In this document: positions 30,347 through 39,294 of the stretch, piece after piece
Layout of the letters: the number at the start of each line of letters is the position of its first letter
Numbering within the stretch: the stretch's first letter is position 1
From: an uncultured Chloroflexia bacterium
GTDB taxonomy: Bacteria; Chloroflexota; Chloroflexia; QHBQ01; JADMIH01
Length of the DNA stretch: 64,000 nt
Direction: 5' to 3'
Assembly (NCBI GenBank): GCA_963797095.1
Contig: CAWCNY010000005.1
Span: forward strand, 576,001 to 640,000
Notes under the pieces: generated by a model
Seen by the model: the letters and a program-made list of their open reading frames with translations, nothing else
Told to the model about the DNA's origin: nothing
The model's database searches: none
Program-made: the position numbers and the translations under genes

Positions 30347-31597
30347 ATGCAAGTGGTTTATGAGCGCTGTTGTGGATTGGACATACACAAGAAGACAGTA
30401 GTGGCTTGTCTTATCACGCCGAACTCTAATAAACAGGAACTGCCTTTGCCTCATAAGGAAGTCAGGAGTTTCGGTACCATGACTAATGACCTGCTGCAGT
30501 TGTCAGACTGGCTCATGGCCAACAGTGTGACAGCAGTGGCCATGGAATTGACCGGAGTTTATTGGAAACCGATCTACAACCTATTGGAGGGAGAGTTTGA
30601 ACTGCTCTTGGTCAATGCCCAGCACATCAAAGCAGTGCTTGGTCGCAAGACCGATGTACGCGATTGTGAGTGGATCGCCGACTTGCTCAGACACGGCCTG
30701 CTGAGAGGCAGTTTCGTACCTGATCGCCCCCAACGGGAGTTAAGGGAACTAACACGATACCGCACGCAATTGATAAGAGAACGCTCTACTGAGGTCGACC
30801 GGTTGCAGAAGACGTTGGAGGGAGCCAATATCAAGCTGGCAAGTGTTGCCACCGACATCATGGGAGTATCGGGGAGGCAGATCCTTTCGGCGTTGCTGGA
30901 CGGACAGGTCGATGAGCGAGCGATGGCGGAACTTGCCAGGGGGCGGATGAGGGAGAAGATACCCCAACTGCAAGAGGCACTCCGAGGATGCTTTGGTGCC
31001 CATCAACGCTTCATGCTAGCTCACCAGTTAGCCTTGATCGACGTGCTAGACGCATCGATTGAGGGGTTGAGCCGCGAGATAGAAGAGAGGGTGAGCCCTT
31101 TTCAGTTGGCGTTGGACTTGTTGGTGACGATCAGGGGAGTGGGGCAGCGCACAGCGGAGGTGATCGTCTCTGAGGTAGGAGTTGATATGAGCCGATTTCC
31201 CACATCTCGGCATCTGGCCTCGTGGGCAGGGATGTGTCCTGGCAACAACGAGAGTGCAGGTAAACGCAAGAGCGGTAGGACCCGTAAAGCTAATCCGTGG
31301 CTGAGAACGGCATTAGTGGAGGCCGCTCAAGCAGCTGCTCACTGCAAACAGAGTTACCTGTCAGCACAATACCACCGGATAGCCAGGCGTGGAGGTGCCA
31401 ACAAAGCTGCAGTAGCTGTAGGTCATACTATTCTCGTTATTGCTTATGAGATGCTGACGCATCAAACCACCTACAATGAGTTGGGAGGAAACTACTTCCA
31501 TGAGCGAGACCGCAAGGCCAAAGAGCGGCGTCTGATCCATAGCCTGGAGCGACTTGGATACAAGGTTTCACTTGAGCCGGTTGCTTCGGCTGCATGA
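30347..31597 (+). CDS. IS110-family DEDD recombinase/transposase
   Basis: GLDIHK, AMELTG, KTDVRD and GNNESAG; intact frame; GGAGG RBS. Confidence 0.95.
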   Translation: MQVVYERCCGLDIHKKTVVACLITPNSNKQELPLPHKEVRSFGTMTNDLLQLSDWLMANSVTAVAMELTGVYWKPIYNLLEGEFELLLVNAQHIKAVLGRKTDVRDCEWIADLLRHGLLRGSFVPDRPQRELRELTRYRTQLIRERSTEVDRLQKTLEGANIKLASVATDIMGVSGRQILSALLDGQVDERAMAELARGRMREKIPQLQEALRGCFGAHQRFMLAHQLALIDVLDASIEGLSREIEERVSPFQLALDLLVTIRGVGQRTAEVIVSEVGVDMSRFPTSRHLASWAGMCPGNNESAGKRKSGRTRKANPWLRTALVEAAQAAAHCKQSYLSAQYHRIARRGGANKAAVAVGHTILVIAYEMLTHQTTYNELGGNYFHERDRKAKERRLIHSLERLGYKVSLEPVASAA

Positions 31598-31706
31598 ATT
31601 CCAGTTATTTTCAGAGGAGAGGAGTTTGTCATGTCGCTGGGGACACCAGCGTATGAATGAAAATGGTTGAGCCACCCCTTGACCATGTGCTATGCTACTC
31701 GTTAGG

Positions 31707-31904
31707 CACTCTGAGCGCAACAAGGTCGGGCTTGGTCTGGTGCTGCGAGCCCGTAAGAGCAGTTTGACCTGGGTGTCCCGAGGCACCACGTATTGTTGCT
31801 CCCATGCCTGTCCAGGCATCACCACTGTTGTGGGTCGGTGATTGGGTTGGGGATGGGAAGCACGCACAGCAGAATCTGTGATCAGGTGGACACCTCGCTC
31901 AGTG
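31707..31904 (+). ncRNA. Candidate IS110 bridge/seek RNA, copy 2
   Basis: Same conserved paired blocks with different loop lengths; TGCTATGCT extended -10 upstream. Confidence 0.65.
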
Positions 31905-31939
31905 TCATGGTAAGTGTCATTTGTCTTAGCAATCTGAAC

Positions 31940-31997
31940 GAACGCGAACGCGAACGCGAACGCGAACGCGAACGCGAACGCGAACGCGAACGCGAAC
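31940..31997. repeat. (GAACGC)x9 microsatellite
   Basis: Lies between the candidate RNA and the transposase RBS. Confidence 0.95.
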
Positions 31998-32018
31998 AGG
32001 GCATAGGAGGTGGCTACG

Positions 32019-33287
32019 ATGCAAGTGGTTTATGAGAGATGCTGCGGGTTGGACATTCACAAGAGGACAGTAGTGGCTTGTATAATCTTGCCAGGAACGC
32101 TGGGACCCACCGGCCAACCCACCGGCCAACCCACCAAGGAAGTCAAGAGCTTTGGCACCATGACCGATGATCTGCTCCACCTGTCCGACTGGCTCCTCTC
32201 CCATCGAGTGACCCATGTGGCCATGGAGTTGACAGGGGTCTTTTGGAAACCCATTTACAACCTGTTGGAAGGGCAGTTCGAGCTTTTGTTGGTCAACCCC
32301 CAACACATCAAGGCGGTGCCTGGTCGCAAGACTGACGTGCGAGACTGTGAGTGGATTGCCGATCTTTTGCGTCACGGGCTGTTGGCTGGGAGTTTTGTGC
32401 CTGACCAGGGACAGCGAGAGCTTCGGGAATTGACGCGCTACCGCACCCAGTTGATAAGGGAGCGTGCTTCTGAGGTCAACCGACTGCAGAAGACGTTGGA
32501 GGGGGCCAACATCAAGCTGGCAAGTGTCGCTACTGACATTACGGGAGTATCGGGGCGTCAGATACTGCAAGCTTTGTTGGAGGGGCAGAGCGATGAGCGA
32601 GCAATGGCCGAGCTTGCCAGGGGGCGCATGAGGGAGAAGATACCGCAGTTGGAGGCGGCTCTCAAAGGGAGGTTCAGAGCACATCAGCGCTTTATGGTAG
32701 CCCAGCAGTTGGCCCACATAGACTTCCTGGACGAGGCCATTGAGAAGGTGAACATAGAGATAGAGGCAAGAATGGCCCCTTTTGGGTGGGCGCTGGACCT
32801 GTTGGAGACGATCCGGGGAGTGGGCCAGCGCACGGCTGAGGTGATCATCGCAGAGATAGGGGTTGATATGGAGCGTTTCCCCACCTCCCGCCATTTGGCA
32901 TCGTGGGCTGGGATGTGTCCTGGGAACCATGAGAGTGCGGGTAAGCGTAAGAGTGGCAAGACACGTAAAGGCAATGTGTGGTTGCGAACGGCGTTGGTGG
33001 AGGCCGCTCAAGCGGCGGGGCGGTGCAAAGGGAGCAAGGAGAGCTACTTGTCTGCTCAGTATCGGAGGATAGCCCGCAGTGGTGGGTCCAACAAAGCGGC
33101 GGTGGCTGTGGGCCACTCTATTCTGGTAATTGCCTATGAGATGTTGAAGCATCAAACCACCTACAACGATTTAGGTAATGGTTACTTTGATGAGCGAGAC
33201 CGGCAAGCAAAAGAGCGGCGGCTGATACATAGTTTGGAGAAGCTGGGATACAGGGTCTCTCTTGAGCCTCTCCCTTCAGCTGCCTGA
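32019..33287 (+). CDS. IS110-family DEDD recombinase/transposase
   Basis: GLDIHK, AMELTG, KTDVRD and GNHESAG; intact frame. Confidence 0.95.
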   Translation: MQVVYERCCGLDIHKRTVVACIILPGTLGPTGQPTGQPTKEVKSFGTMTDDLLHLSDWLLSHRVTHVAMELTGVFWKPIYNLLEGQFELLLVNPQHIKAVPGRKTDVRDCEWIADLLRHGLLAGSFVPDQGQRELRELTRYRTQLIRERASEVNRLQKTLEGANIKLASVATDITGVSGRQILQALLEGQSDERAMAELARGRMREKIPQLEAALKGRFRAHQRFMVAQQLAHIDFLDEAIEKVNIEIEARMAPFGWALDLLETIRGVGQRTAEVIIAEIGVDMERFPTSRHLASWAGMCPGNHESAGKRKSGKTRKGNVWLRTALVEAAQAAGRCKGSKESYLSAQYRRIARSGGSNKAAVAVGHSILVIAYEMLKHQTTYNDLGNGYFDERDRQAKERRLIHSLEKLGYRVSLEPLPSAA

Positions 33288-33303
33288 TCCTGAGTTATTT
33301 TCA

Positions 33304-33339
33304 CAGCAGCAGCAGCAGAGCAGAGCAGAGCAGAGCAGA
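33304..33339. repeat. (CAG)n then (AGCAG)n simple repeat at the IS110 right junction
   Basis: cagcagcagcagcagagcagagcagagcagagcaga. Confidence 0.85.
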
Positions 33340-33541
33340 TACACCAAAAGTATTAGTACCATCGGGCCATCATCCTGGACGAATAGTGTTAGGAGAATCT
33401 AAGCATCGATTTGGGCCATTTGGGTTATTGTGTAGATCAGGCACAGCAGGTAAGATCAGTAAGGCAGCGCGGAATGGTTTACAGCGCGGCCATGAAACCC
33501 ACCCTACGTGTATAGGCCCGAAAATCGAAGGAGCATTTTGG

Positions 33542-34441
33542 ATGAACTTTCTTGCGTCAGGCGTCATACCCTTAGATTCAACTCTCGCGGTCATCGCCAC
33601 ACTGCTGGCAGTGTTCGGCGCGGTTGCTCTTTTGAAGAGCAATACTCGCAACATTTCGCAGCAGAGGCTAGTTCCAGTTCCCTTCGATTTTCCTTTCCCG
33701 ACGGGTACAGTCAGCCAGATATCTCAGGCGAACAACAACCCAGCTTTCGCCCAGCTTTTCGCCAAGCAGGGCAAAAGGGCGCTCGCGGTGCAGCCCACAG
33801 GGTCGGTGATGTCTATGGCAACCACTTTTCCGAGATCGTATGCAGGGCCCGTGGTTGTGCAGGGTAGCAAGTATCTGTGGGAAAGCAGATGGAGCCACCT
33901 TCCAAGTTTCGAGCAGGGGCGTGAAGGTGAGGAGCGCGTGGTGAACAGCCTGGTGAATACGCTCGACAAAGACTGGTATATCTTCCGCAATTTTGTGCTT
34001 CCGACCGAGGACGAGGATATAGATGTTGTGCTTGTCGGTCCAGCAGGTGTATTCGCCATGGAGGTGAAGGCCTGCTCCGGGGAAGTACAGTTCGAGAAGA
34101 GCAGATGTTACGTCAGGACGGCGCATGGTCGCCTGTACAGGCAGAGGCGCGGAACGAACGGACAGGTGAGGCACAGCGCGATCAAGCTCAATGGCTTCTT
34201 GAAGGAGCACGGTATTGATACACAACACTTCGTCAAGCCGATGGTTGTGATGGCTGGTGAGTTGAGCGTAGAGGCGGCCTCGACGCGTGCAGATGTATGC
34301 ACAGTAACAAACCTGCGACCCCGGTTGGGCAAGCTTACATCACGTCCAGCGTTTACACCGGGACAGGTGCGGCGGATAGCGGGCGTATTACAGACCGCCA
34401 CAAAGGAGCAGATGCTCTCAGGGTTGAGCAGAGTACACTAA
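33542..34441 (+). CDS. NERD-domain (PD-(D/E)xK nuclease-related) protein with an N-terminal TM
   Basis: GREGEERV...DIDVVLVGPAGVFAMEVK; GGAG RBS before ATG 33542. Confidence 0.8.
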   Translation: MNFLASGVIPLDSTLAVIATLLAVFGAVALLKSNTRNISQQRLVPVPFDFPFPTGTVSQISQANNNPAFAQLFAKQGKRALAVQPTGSVMSMATTFPRSYAGPVVVQGSKYLWESRWSHLPSFEQGREGEERVVNSLVNTLDKDWYIFRNFVLPTEDEDIDVVLVGPAGVFAMEVKACSGEVQFEKSRCYVRTAHGRLYRQRRGTNGQVRHSAIKLNGFLKEHGIDTQHFVKPMVVMAGELSVEAASTRADVCTVTNLRPRLGKLTSRPAFTPGQVRRIAGVLQTATKEQMLSGLSRVH

Positions 34442-34610
34442 ACCCAGCGCCTTGCAGGCCGGTCAGGTGTGACCCCGGAGTTGTAGAGTCCACCACCGGC
34501 CTCTTTCGCAACAGTACACTGCTAGCAGTATAGCGCATTAGTCTTCTAGATCATTAGGAGCACTTCCTAGAGAATAGGAATTTCATAAAACGGCATCGGA
34601 GAAGAAAGCT

Positions 34611-35849
34611 ATGATAGATACCTTCGATAATCTTACAACAGGGCCATTGAGGGCGATACGAGATAGCCTGGCGAATGTAATCACGGGCGGACTCTCGGCG
34701 CATAAAGTGGACCGGCCCACGACTACGATCATAGTACCGGCCTACAACGAGGAAGAAGGTCTGCCACATGTGCTTGGCGACGTCTTGGAGGCAATTGATG
34801 ACACCTACGAGGTGATCGTGGTGGACGATGGATCGAGCGACAACACACGCGGAGCAGCGGGAGAGTTCCCCGTGAGGCTTATCTCGCATGAGGTGAACAA
34901 GGGCAAAGGCGCGGCTATGCAGACGGGTATCCGGCACGCCAGGGGCGAGAAGGTAATCTTCATCGATGCCGATGGCACTTACCCGGCGAGCGCGATCCCG
35001 GAGGTGGCGCGGCAGCTAAGCTATCATGATATGGTGCGATGCGAGCGGCAGGAAGGCCGGGGCAATATCCCTGTGTTGAACCGCCTGGGGAACGAGGCGT
35101 TCGACCGCATTATCAAGAGCATGCATAGAGTTGAAGGCGGGGACGTGCTAAGTGGGTTGTACGGCCTGAAGAAGAGCGTTCTGACGGCAATGCGCCTGGA
35201 CGCAGACGGCTTCGATATCGAGTTGGAGATCATGATCAAGGCTCAGGCGATGAATATCAAGTCATCGAGCGTACCGATCAGCTACAACCCGAGATACGGG
35301 GTGAAGAAGCTCAACCCGGTACGCGACGGCGCGAAGATACTGGCGCGGGTATTTTGCCTGGCAGTCATGTACAACCCGGTTGCGATGTATGTTGTGCCGG
35401 GCATAGTCGTGGCAGGCCTTGCGAGCCTGGGATTGCTCGGGCTAATCGCAGGGCCGATCATCACACCCATAGCCAATTTCAGCACAAACACACTCATTGT
35501 GACGGCGATGGCGTACCTGGTCGGTTTCCAGATGGTGATCTTCGGGTCAGTCGTGAACCTGTACGCCGCTCAGACCGGTATCGGCACCCCCAACCAGCGG
35601 CTGGCGACACTGGTGGCACGCTTCCCTCGGCTGGTAGGTGGAATCGCCGGGTTCGGAATGGCATTGAGCGGACTGGTGTGGAGCCTGTGGCAAGCGCTGG
35701 CTTGGGTGTTCGGCGGGTTCGGTGAGTTCCACAACACCGAAGCTCTGGTCATATCGCTCTCGCTGTTGGTGTGGGGCGTGCAGGTGCTTTCCACAGTGCT
35801 CTTCCTTACGCTGTTCGCCACATCGGCCAGACGGGCGCTGGATAAGTAA
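34611..35849 (+). CDS. GT2 polyprenol-phosphate glycosyltransferase (DPM1-like) with 4 C-terminal TMs
   Basis: VPAYNEE, VDDGSSD, NKGKG, IDADGTY and FDIELE. Confidence 0.88.
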   Translation: MIDTFDNLTTGPLRAIRDSLANVITGGLSAHKVDRPTTTIIVPAYNEEEGLPHVLGDVLEAIDDTYEVIVVDDGSSDNTRGAAGEFPVRLISHEVNKGKGAAMQTGIRHARGEKVIFIDADGTYPASAIPEVARQLSYHDMVRCERQEGRGNIPVLNRLGNEAFDRIIKSMHRVEGGDVLSGLYGLKKSVLTAMRLDADGFDIELEIMIKAQAMNIKSSSVPISYNPRYGVKKLNPVRDGAKILARVFCLAVMYNPVAMYVVPGIVVAGLASLGLLGLIAGPIITPIANFSTNTLIVTAMAYLVGFQMVIFGSVVNLYAAQTGIGTPNQRLATLVARFPRLVGGIAGFGMALSGLVWSLWQALAWVFGGFGEFHNTEALVISLSLLVWGVQVLSTVLFLTLFATSARRALDK

Positions 35850-35865
35850 GAACAGACTGGCAGAT

Positions 35866-36879
35866 ATGAGGAAGTCGAATATGGACGCTCAGAACATACA
35901 GCTTGATATATCGGTCATCATCTGCGCCTACACAGAGGCGCGATGGGGAGACCTGACGGCAGCGGTCAGGTCGGTACAAACAGGAAGCCGCCAACCCCGC
36001 GAGATCATCGTCGTGATCGATCACAACTCTTCGATGTTCGGGAGGGCACAGGTAGAGATAGCGGGCGTGAAGGTAGCGGAGAACAGGTATACCAAGGGGC
36101 TATCGGGAGCACGCAATACCGGAGTTGAGAAGGCAACTGGAGAAGTAGTGGCATTCCTGGATGATGACGCAATCGCCACGCATCGCTGGCTTGAGCGGAT
36201 AGCGGATGCTTTTAGCCCCGATGTAATGGGCGTGGGCGGCAGCAGCGAGCCGTTGTGGGCCGCAGGCAGGCCCCCATGGTTCCCGGACGAGTTCGATTGG
36301 GTAGTAGGCTGCACGTTCCGAGGGATGCCTGTCGAGCGAAGGACGGTAGGGAAGTTGATCGGCTGCAACATGTCGTTCCGCCGACAGATTCTCAATGTGA
36401 TCGGGGGCTTTCGAAGCGAGATGGGACGAGTGGGACAGCGCCCGCTGGCGGGCGAGGAAACCGAGTTTTGTCACGCAGCCTCCAAGACATGGCCCCAGAT
36501 GAGGCTGGTGTATGAGCCAAAGGCTGCGGTGTTCCACCGAGTGCCGGAGACGAGAGCCAATCTTCGTTATTTCGTGTCTCGCTCATATTGCGAGGGGCTG
36601 TCGAAGGCGCTGATCTCGCGATACGTAGGCGCAAGCGACGCTCTCGCGACAGAGCGCACTTATACTACGCGCACTCTACCCGCAGGATTCATACGCGGCA
36701 TAGGCGCTACCTTCAGCGAGCGATCGATGGCGGGATTGGGCCGCGCGGGGGCAATCGGGATCGGCCTGGGGGTGACGCTAGCTGGATATGTAGTGGGCAG
36801 TGTGTCGGACCGGATGGCAAAGAATGTGCGTGAGCCTCGCGCAACGCTCGGTCTCCCTGAGGGAGAAGGAGCAGCATAA
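35866..36879 (+). CDS. Glycosyltransferase family 2
   Basis: VIICAYT, GLSGARNTG, FLDDDA, GCNMSFRR and EETEFC. Confidence 0.9.
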   Translation: MRKSNMDAQNIQLDISVIICAYTEARWGDLTAAVRSVQTGSRQPREIIVVIDHNSSMFGRAQVEIAGVKVAENRYTKGLSGARNTGVEKATGEVVAFLDDDAIATHRWLERIADAFSPDVMGVGGSSEPLWAAGRPPWFPDEFDWVVGCTFRGMPVERRTVGKLIGCNMSFRRQILNVIGGFRSEMGRVGQRPLAGEETEFCHAASKTWPQMRLVYEPKAAVFHRVPETRANLRYFVSRSYCEGLSKALISRYVGASDALATERTYTTRTLPAGFIRGIGATFSERSMAGLGRAGAIGIGLGVTLAGYVVGSVSDRMAKNVREPRATLGLPEGEGAA

Positions 36880-38000
36880 TGAAGATCCTGATGGTAACCC
36901 CACACTTCTACCCACACATGGGTGGCATCGAGCGCCACGTGGCTTGCATAGGCGAAAGCCTGATCGCCACGGGTCACAAAGTAACGGTAGCTACAGTAGA
37001 CCACGAAGGCAGACTACCACGTGAAGAAGCCGTCAACGGACTGCGGGTGATCCGCTTCCGCACGGCGGGCAAGGGCGTGTATAACGTTCCACTTTCGATG
37101 CTCGCGTACCTTGCACGCGAGGGGCGCGCCTACGACGCAGTGCATGCATTCAATTATGGTGCGCTCCCTCTCTTCTTCGCAACTATCGCCTGTGGCAAAC
37201 GCTGTGTGGTTACGCCTTGTTACCATCGCAGAGGTCATTCGTCATTCGCCAGCAGGCTTCGTAAAGCGTATGACCCATTCGCGAAGGTGGCGCTAAAGAG
37301 GGCAGGCCGGATCGTGTGCCTCTCAAAGGGGGAAGTGCAGGAGCTTTCGTTCAGCCTCGGCATATCCCAGAAGGGGATGATGATTATACCATCGGGATCG
37401 ACAGTAGCGGCATCGCACACACCGATGACCAGGGTAGCACCAGATGGAGAGCGCGTAATCCTGAGCGTTGGCAGGCTTGAAGAGTACAAGCACATTGAGA
37501 GGGCCATCGAGGCTATGATGCATCTCGGTAACAGGTACATATTGGTGATAGTGGGCGATGGGCCTGATCGCGATAGGCTCACAAAGCTTGCCTTATTGTT
37601 GGGTTTGGGGGACAGGGTGAGGTTCGAGGGTAGGGTAAGCGATTATGAGTTGAAGACGCTGTACAGGCGCGCCAGCGTTGTAGTGACGTTCTCCGACTCG
37701 GAGTCGTTCGGGATAACGGTGCTGGAGGCGCTTCATTACGGGAAGCGCGTAGTCTGCTCGGATATACCTGCATTTCGCGATTTCAGAGAGGAGTTCCCGC
37801 AAGCTGTATCGCTGGCAGGAGCGAGCAAGAGCGCGAAGGGTGTGGCCTGGCTTATGCACCAGGCGGCAGACCGCCCGGCGCTCGCACCGCTAGACCTGAA
37901 TGAGTATAGCTGGCAATCGATCGCCGCCAGACTTGCACAGGTCTACGCCAGTTTGAACCGTTCACGAGCCAGTTACAGGACCAAACCATTGGTGAGTTGA
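36879..38000 (+). CDS. Glycosyltransferase family 4
   Basis: PHMGGIE, VGRLEEYK and ESFGITVLEA. Confidence 0.9.
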   Translation: MKILMVTPHFYPHMGGIERHVACIGESLIATGHKVTVATVDHEGRLPREEAVNGLRVIRFRTAGKGVYNVPLSMLAYLAREGRAYDAVHAFNYGALPLFFATIACGKRCVVTPCYHRRGHSSFASRLRKAYDPFAKVALKRAGRIVCLSKGEVQELSFSLGISQKGMMIIPSGSTVAASHTPMTRVAPDGERVILSVGRLEEYKHIERAIEAMMHLGNRYILVIVGDGPDRDRLTKLALLLGLGDRVRFEGRVSDYELKTLYRRASVVVTFSDSESFGITVLEALHYGKRVVCSDIPAFRDFREEFPQAVSLAGASKSAKGVAWLMHQAADRPALAPLDLNEYSWQSIAARLAQVYASLNRSRASYRTKPLVS

Positions 38001-38014
38001 GAGGCCACACATCT

Positions 38015-39292
38015 ATGAGAGTTTTGCTTGTATCCGATTTCTACCCACCCCACACCGGAGGCATGGAAGGGCACGTGCGCGCACTGGCGCATGGCCTGCG
38101 CGCGGAGGGCCACGAGGTGATCGTGGCGGCCACCGAACGGGAAGACGGGCTGGATATGCACGAAGGCATCCAGGTGCACAGGCTGAAGGGATTGTACCAA
38201 CGCATGACCTTTGCGTTCGCGGATAGCGATCGAATGTATCCACCACCTGCGATTGACCCTGAGTTGAGCATGAAGTTGCACGCACTGATAGGTAAGGTGA
38301 GGCCCGACGTTATTCACGCGCACGGGTGGGTTGTGTATTCGGCCCTGGCGGCGAATGCGCTACACCAAGTGCCGTTCGTCAATACGATGCACGACTACGG
38401 CCACTTCTGCGTGAAGCGCGACCTGATGCGCGGAGACGGAAGCATATGTGAGACGGGGAGAGGACCGGATTGCATGGCTTGCGCCAGGACCCGATACGGG
38501 AATACAAAGACGCTGCTTACTTTCGCGGCCACCGGGATGGGGCTGCGCCAGTTGTCGGGAGTGGATGCTTTCATCGCGGTGAGTAAGTTTGTGAGCGAGC
38601 AGAGCGCGCCCTATATGCCCGACAGGCCCGTACATATTATCCCCAACTTCATCGATCCGATGGCGCTCGCGAAGTCGCGGGACAGGCAATCGCAGGGGCA
38701 CTTACCCAGGCGGTTCGTGCTCTTTGTGGGAGTGCTTGTGCCATTCAAGGGCGTAGATGACCTGATTGAGGCATTCAAGCTGGCAAGGGAGCGCAATGCT
38801 GAACTGGAGGATGTTGAGCTGATGCTGATGGGGAGGCAACACCCCTCCGCGAGCTATACCAGCGATCCACGGAACAAGATTACGGTGATGCACAACCCAC
38901 CGAGGGGGATGGTGGTGGAGGCGATCTATTCATGCTGGTTTATGGTAGTACCGTCGCGGGGGCATGACGCCTGCCCCACCACGGTGCTCGAAGGTGTGGC
39001 AGCCGGGAAGCAGGTGATCGGCACGAGGGCAGGGGGCATACCTGAGTTGCTGGAGGACATAGAAGGCGCAGTTATTGTGCCGCCCTCGGACCCCGAGGCG
39101 CTGGCAGCCGCAATCGAAGCTGTATGCGCCCGACAAACCACAGGGTACCAGGGTATGCAGGACCTGAATCCGGTACCGCCCGGCTATATGCCACTGCACC
39201 CAGAGCGTGTTATCGCGGAGACGGTCGAGGTTTATGGAGAGGTGGTAGCCCGCCGGAGCAATATCAAACAGGAAAAGAGGAGGGTAAGCTAA
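38015..39292 (+). CDS. Glycosyltransferase family 4 with a Cys-rich insert
   Basis: YPPHTGGME, HDYGHFC..C..C..C and DACPTTVLEG. Confidence 0.9.
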   Translation: MRVLLVSDFYPPHTGGMEGHVRALAHGLRAEGHEVIVAATEREDGLDMHEGIQVHRLKGLYQRMTFAFADSDRMYPPPAIDPELSMKLHALIGKVRPDVIHAHGWVVYSALAANALHQVPFVNTMHDYGHFCVKRDLMRGDGSICETGRGPDCMACARTRYGNTKTLLTFAATGMGLRQLSGVDAFIAVSKFVSEQSAPYMPDRPVHIIPNFIDPMALAKSRDRQSQGHLPRRFVLFVGVLVPFKGVDDLIEAFKLARERNAELEDVELMLMGRQHPSASYTSDPRNKITVMHNPPRGMVVEAIYSCWFMVVPSRGHDACPTTVLEGVAAGKQVIGTRAGGIPELLEDIEGAVIVPPSDPEALAAAIEAVCARQTTGYQGMQDLNPVPPGYMPLHPERVIAETVEVYGEVVARRSNIKQEKRRVS

Positions 39293-39294
39293 CG

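Larger units (their letters stand above)
29979..31619 (+). mobile_element. IS110-family element, copy 1; ends approximate
   Basis: The left-end motif CATG..CACCAGCGT..AATGAAAATG and the right-end motif AGTTATTTTCA.AG.AG are shared with copy 2. Confidence 0.8.
31620..33309 (+). mobile_element. IS110-family element, copy 2, abutting copy 1; ends approximate
   Basis: Same end motifs as copy 1; a diverged paralog rather than an identical copy. Confidence 0.8.

Noticed and set aside
31793-33155. ORFs containing (ER)n and (RV)n runs
   Set aside because: Translations of the GAACGC microsatellite and the antisense strand of the IS110 transposase.
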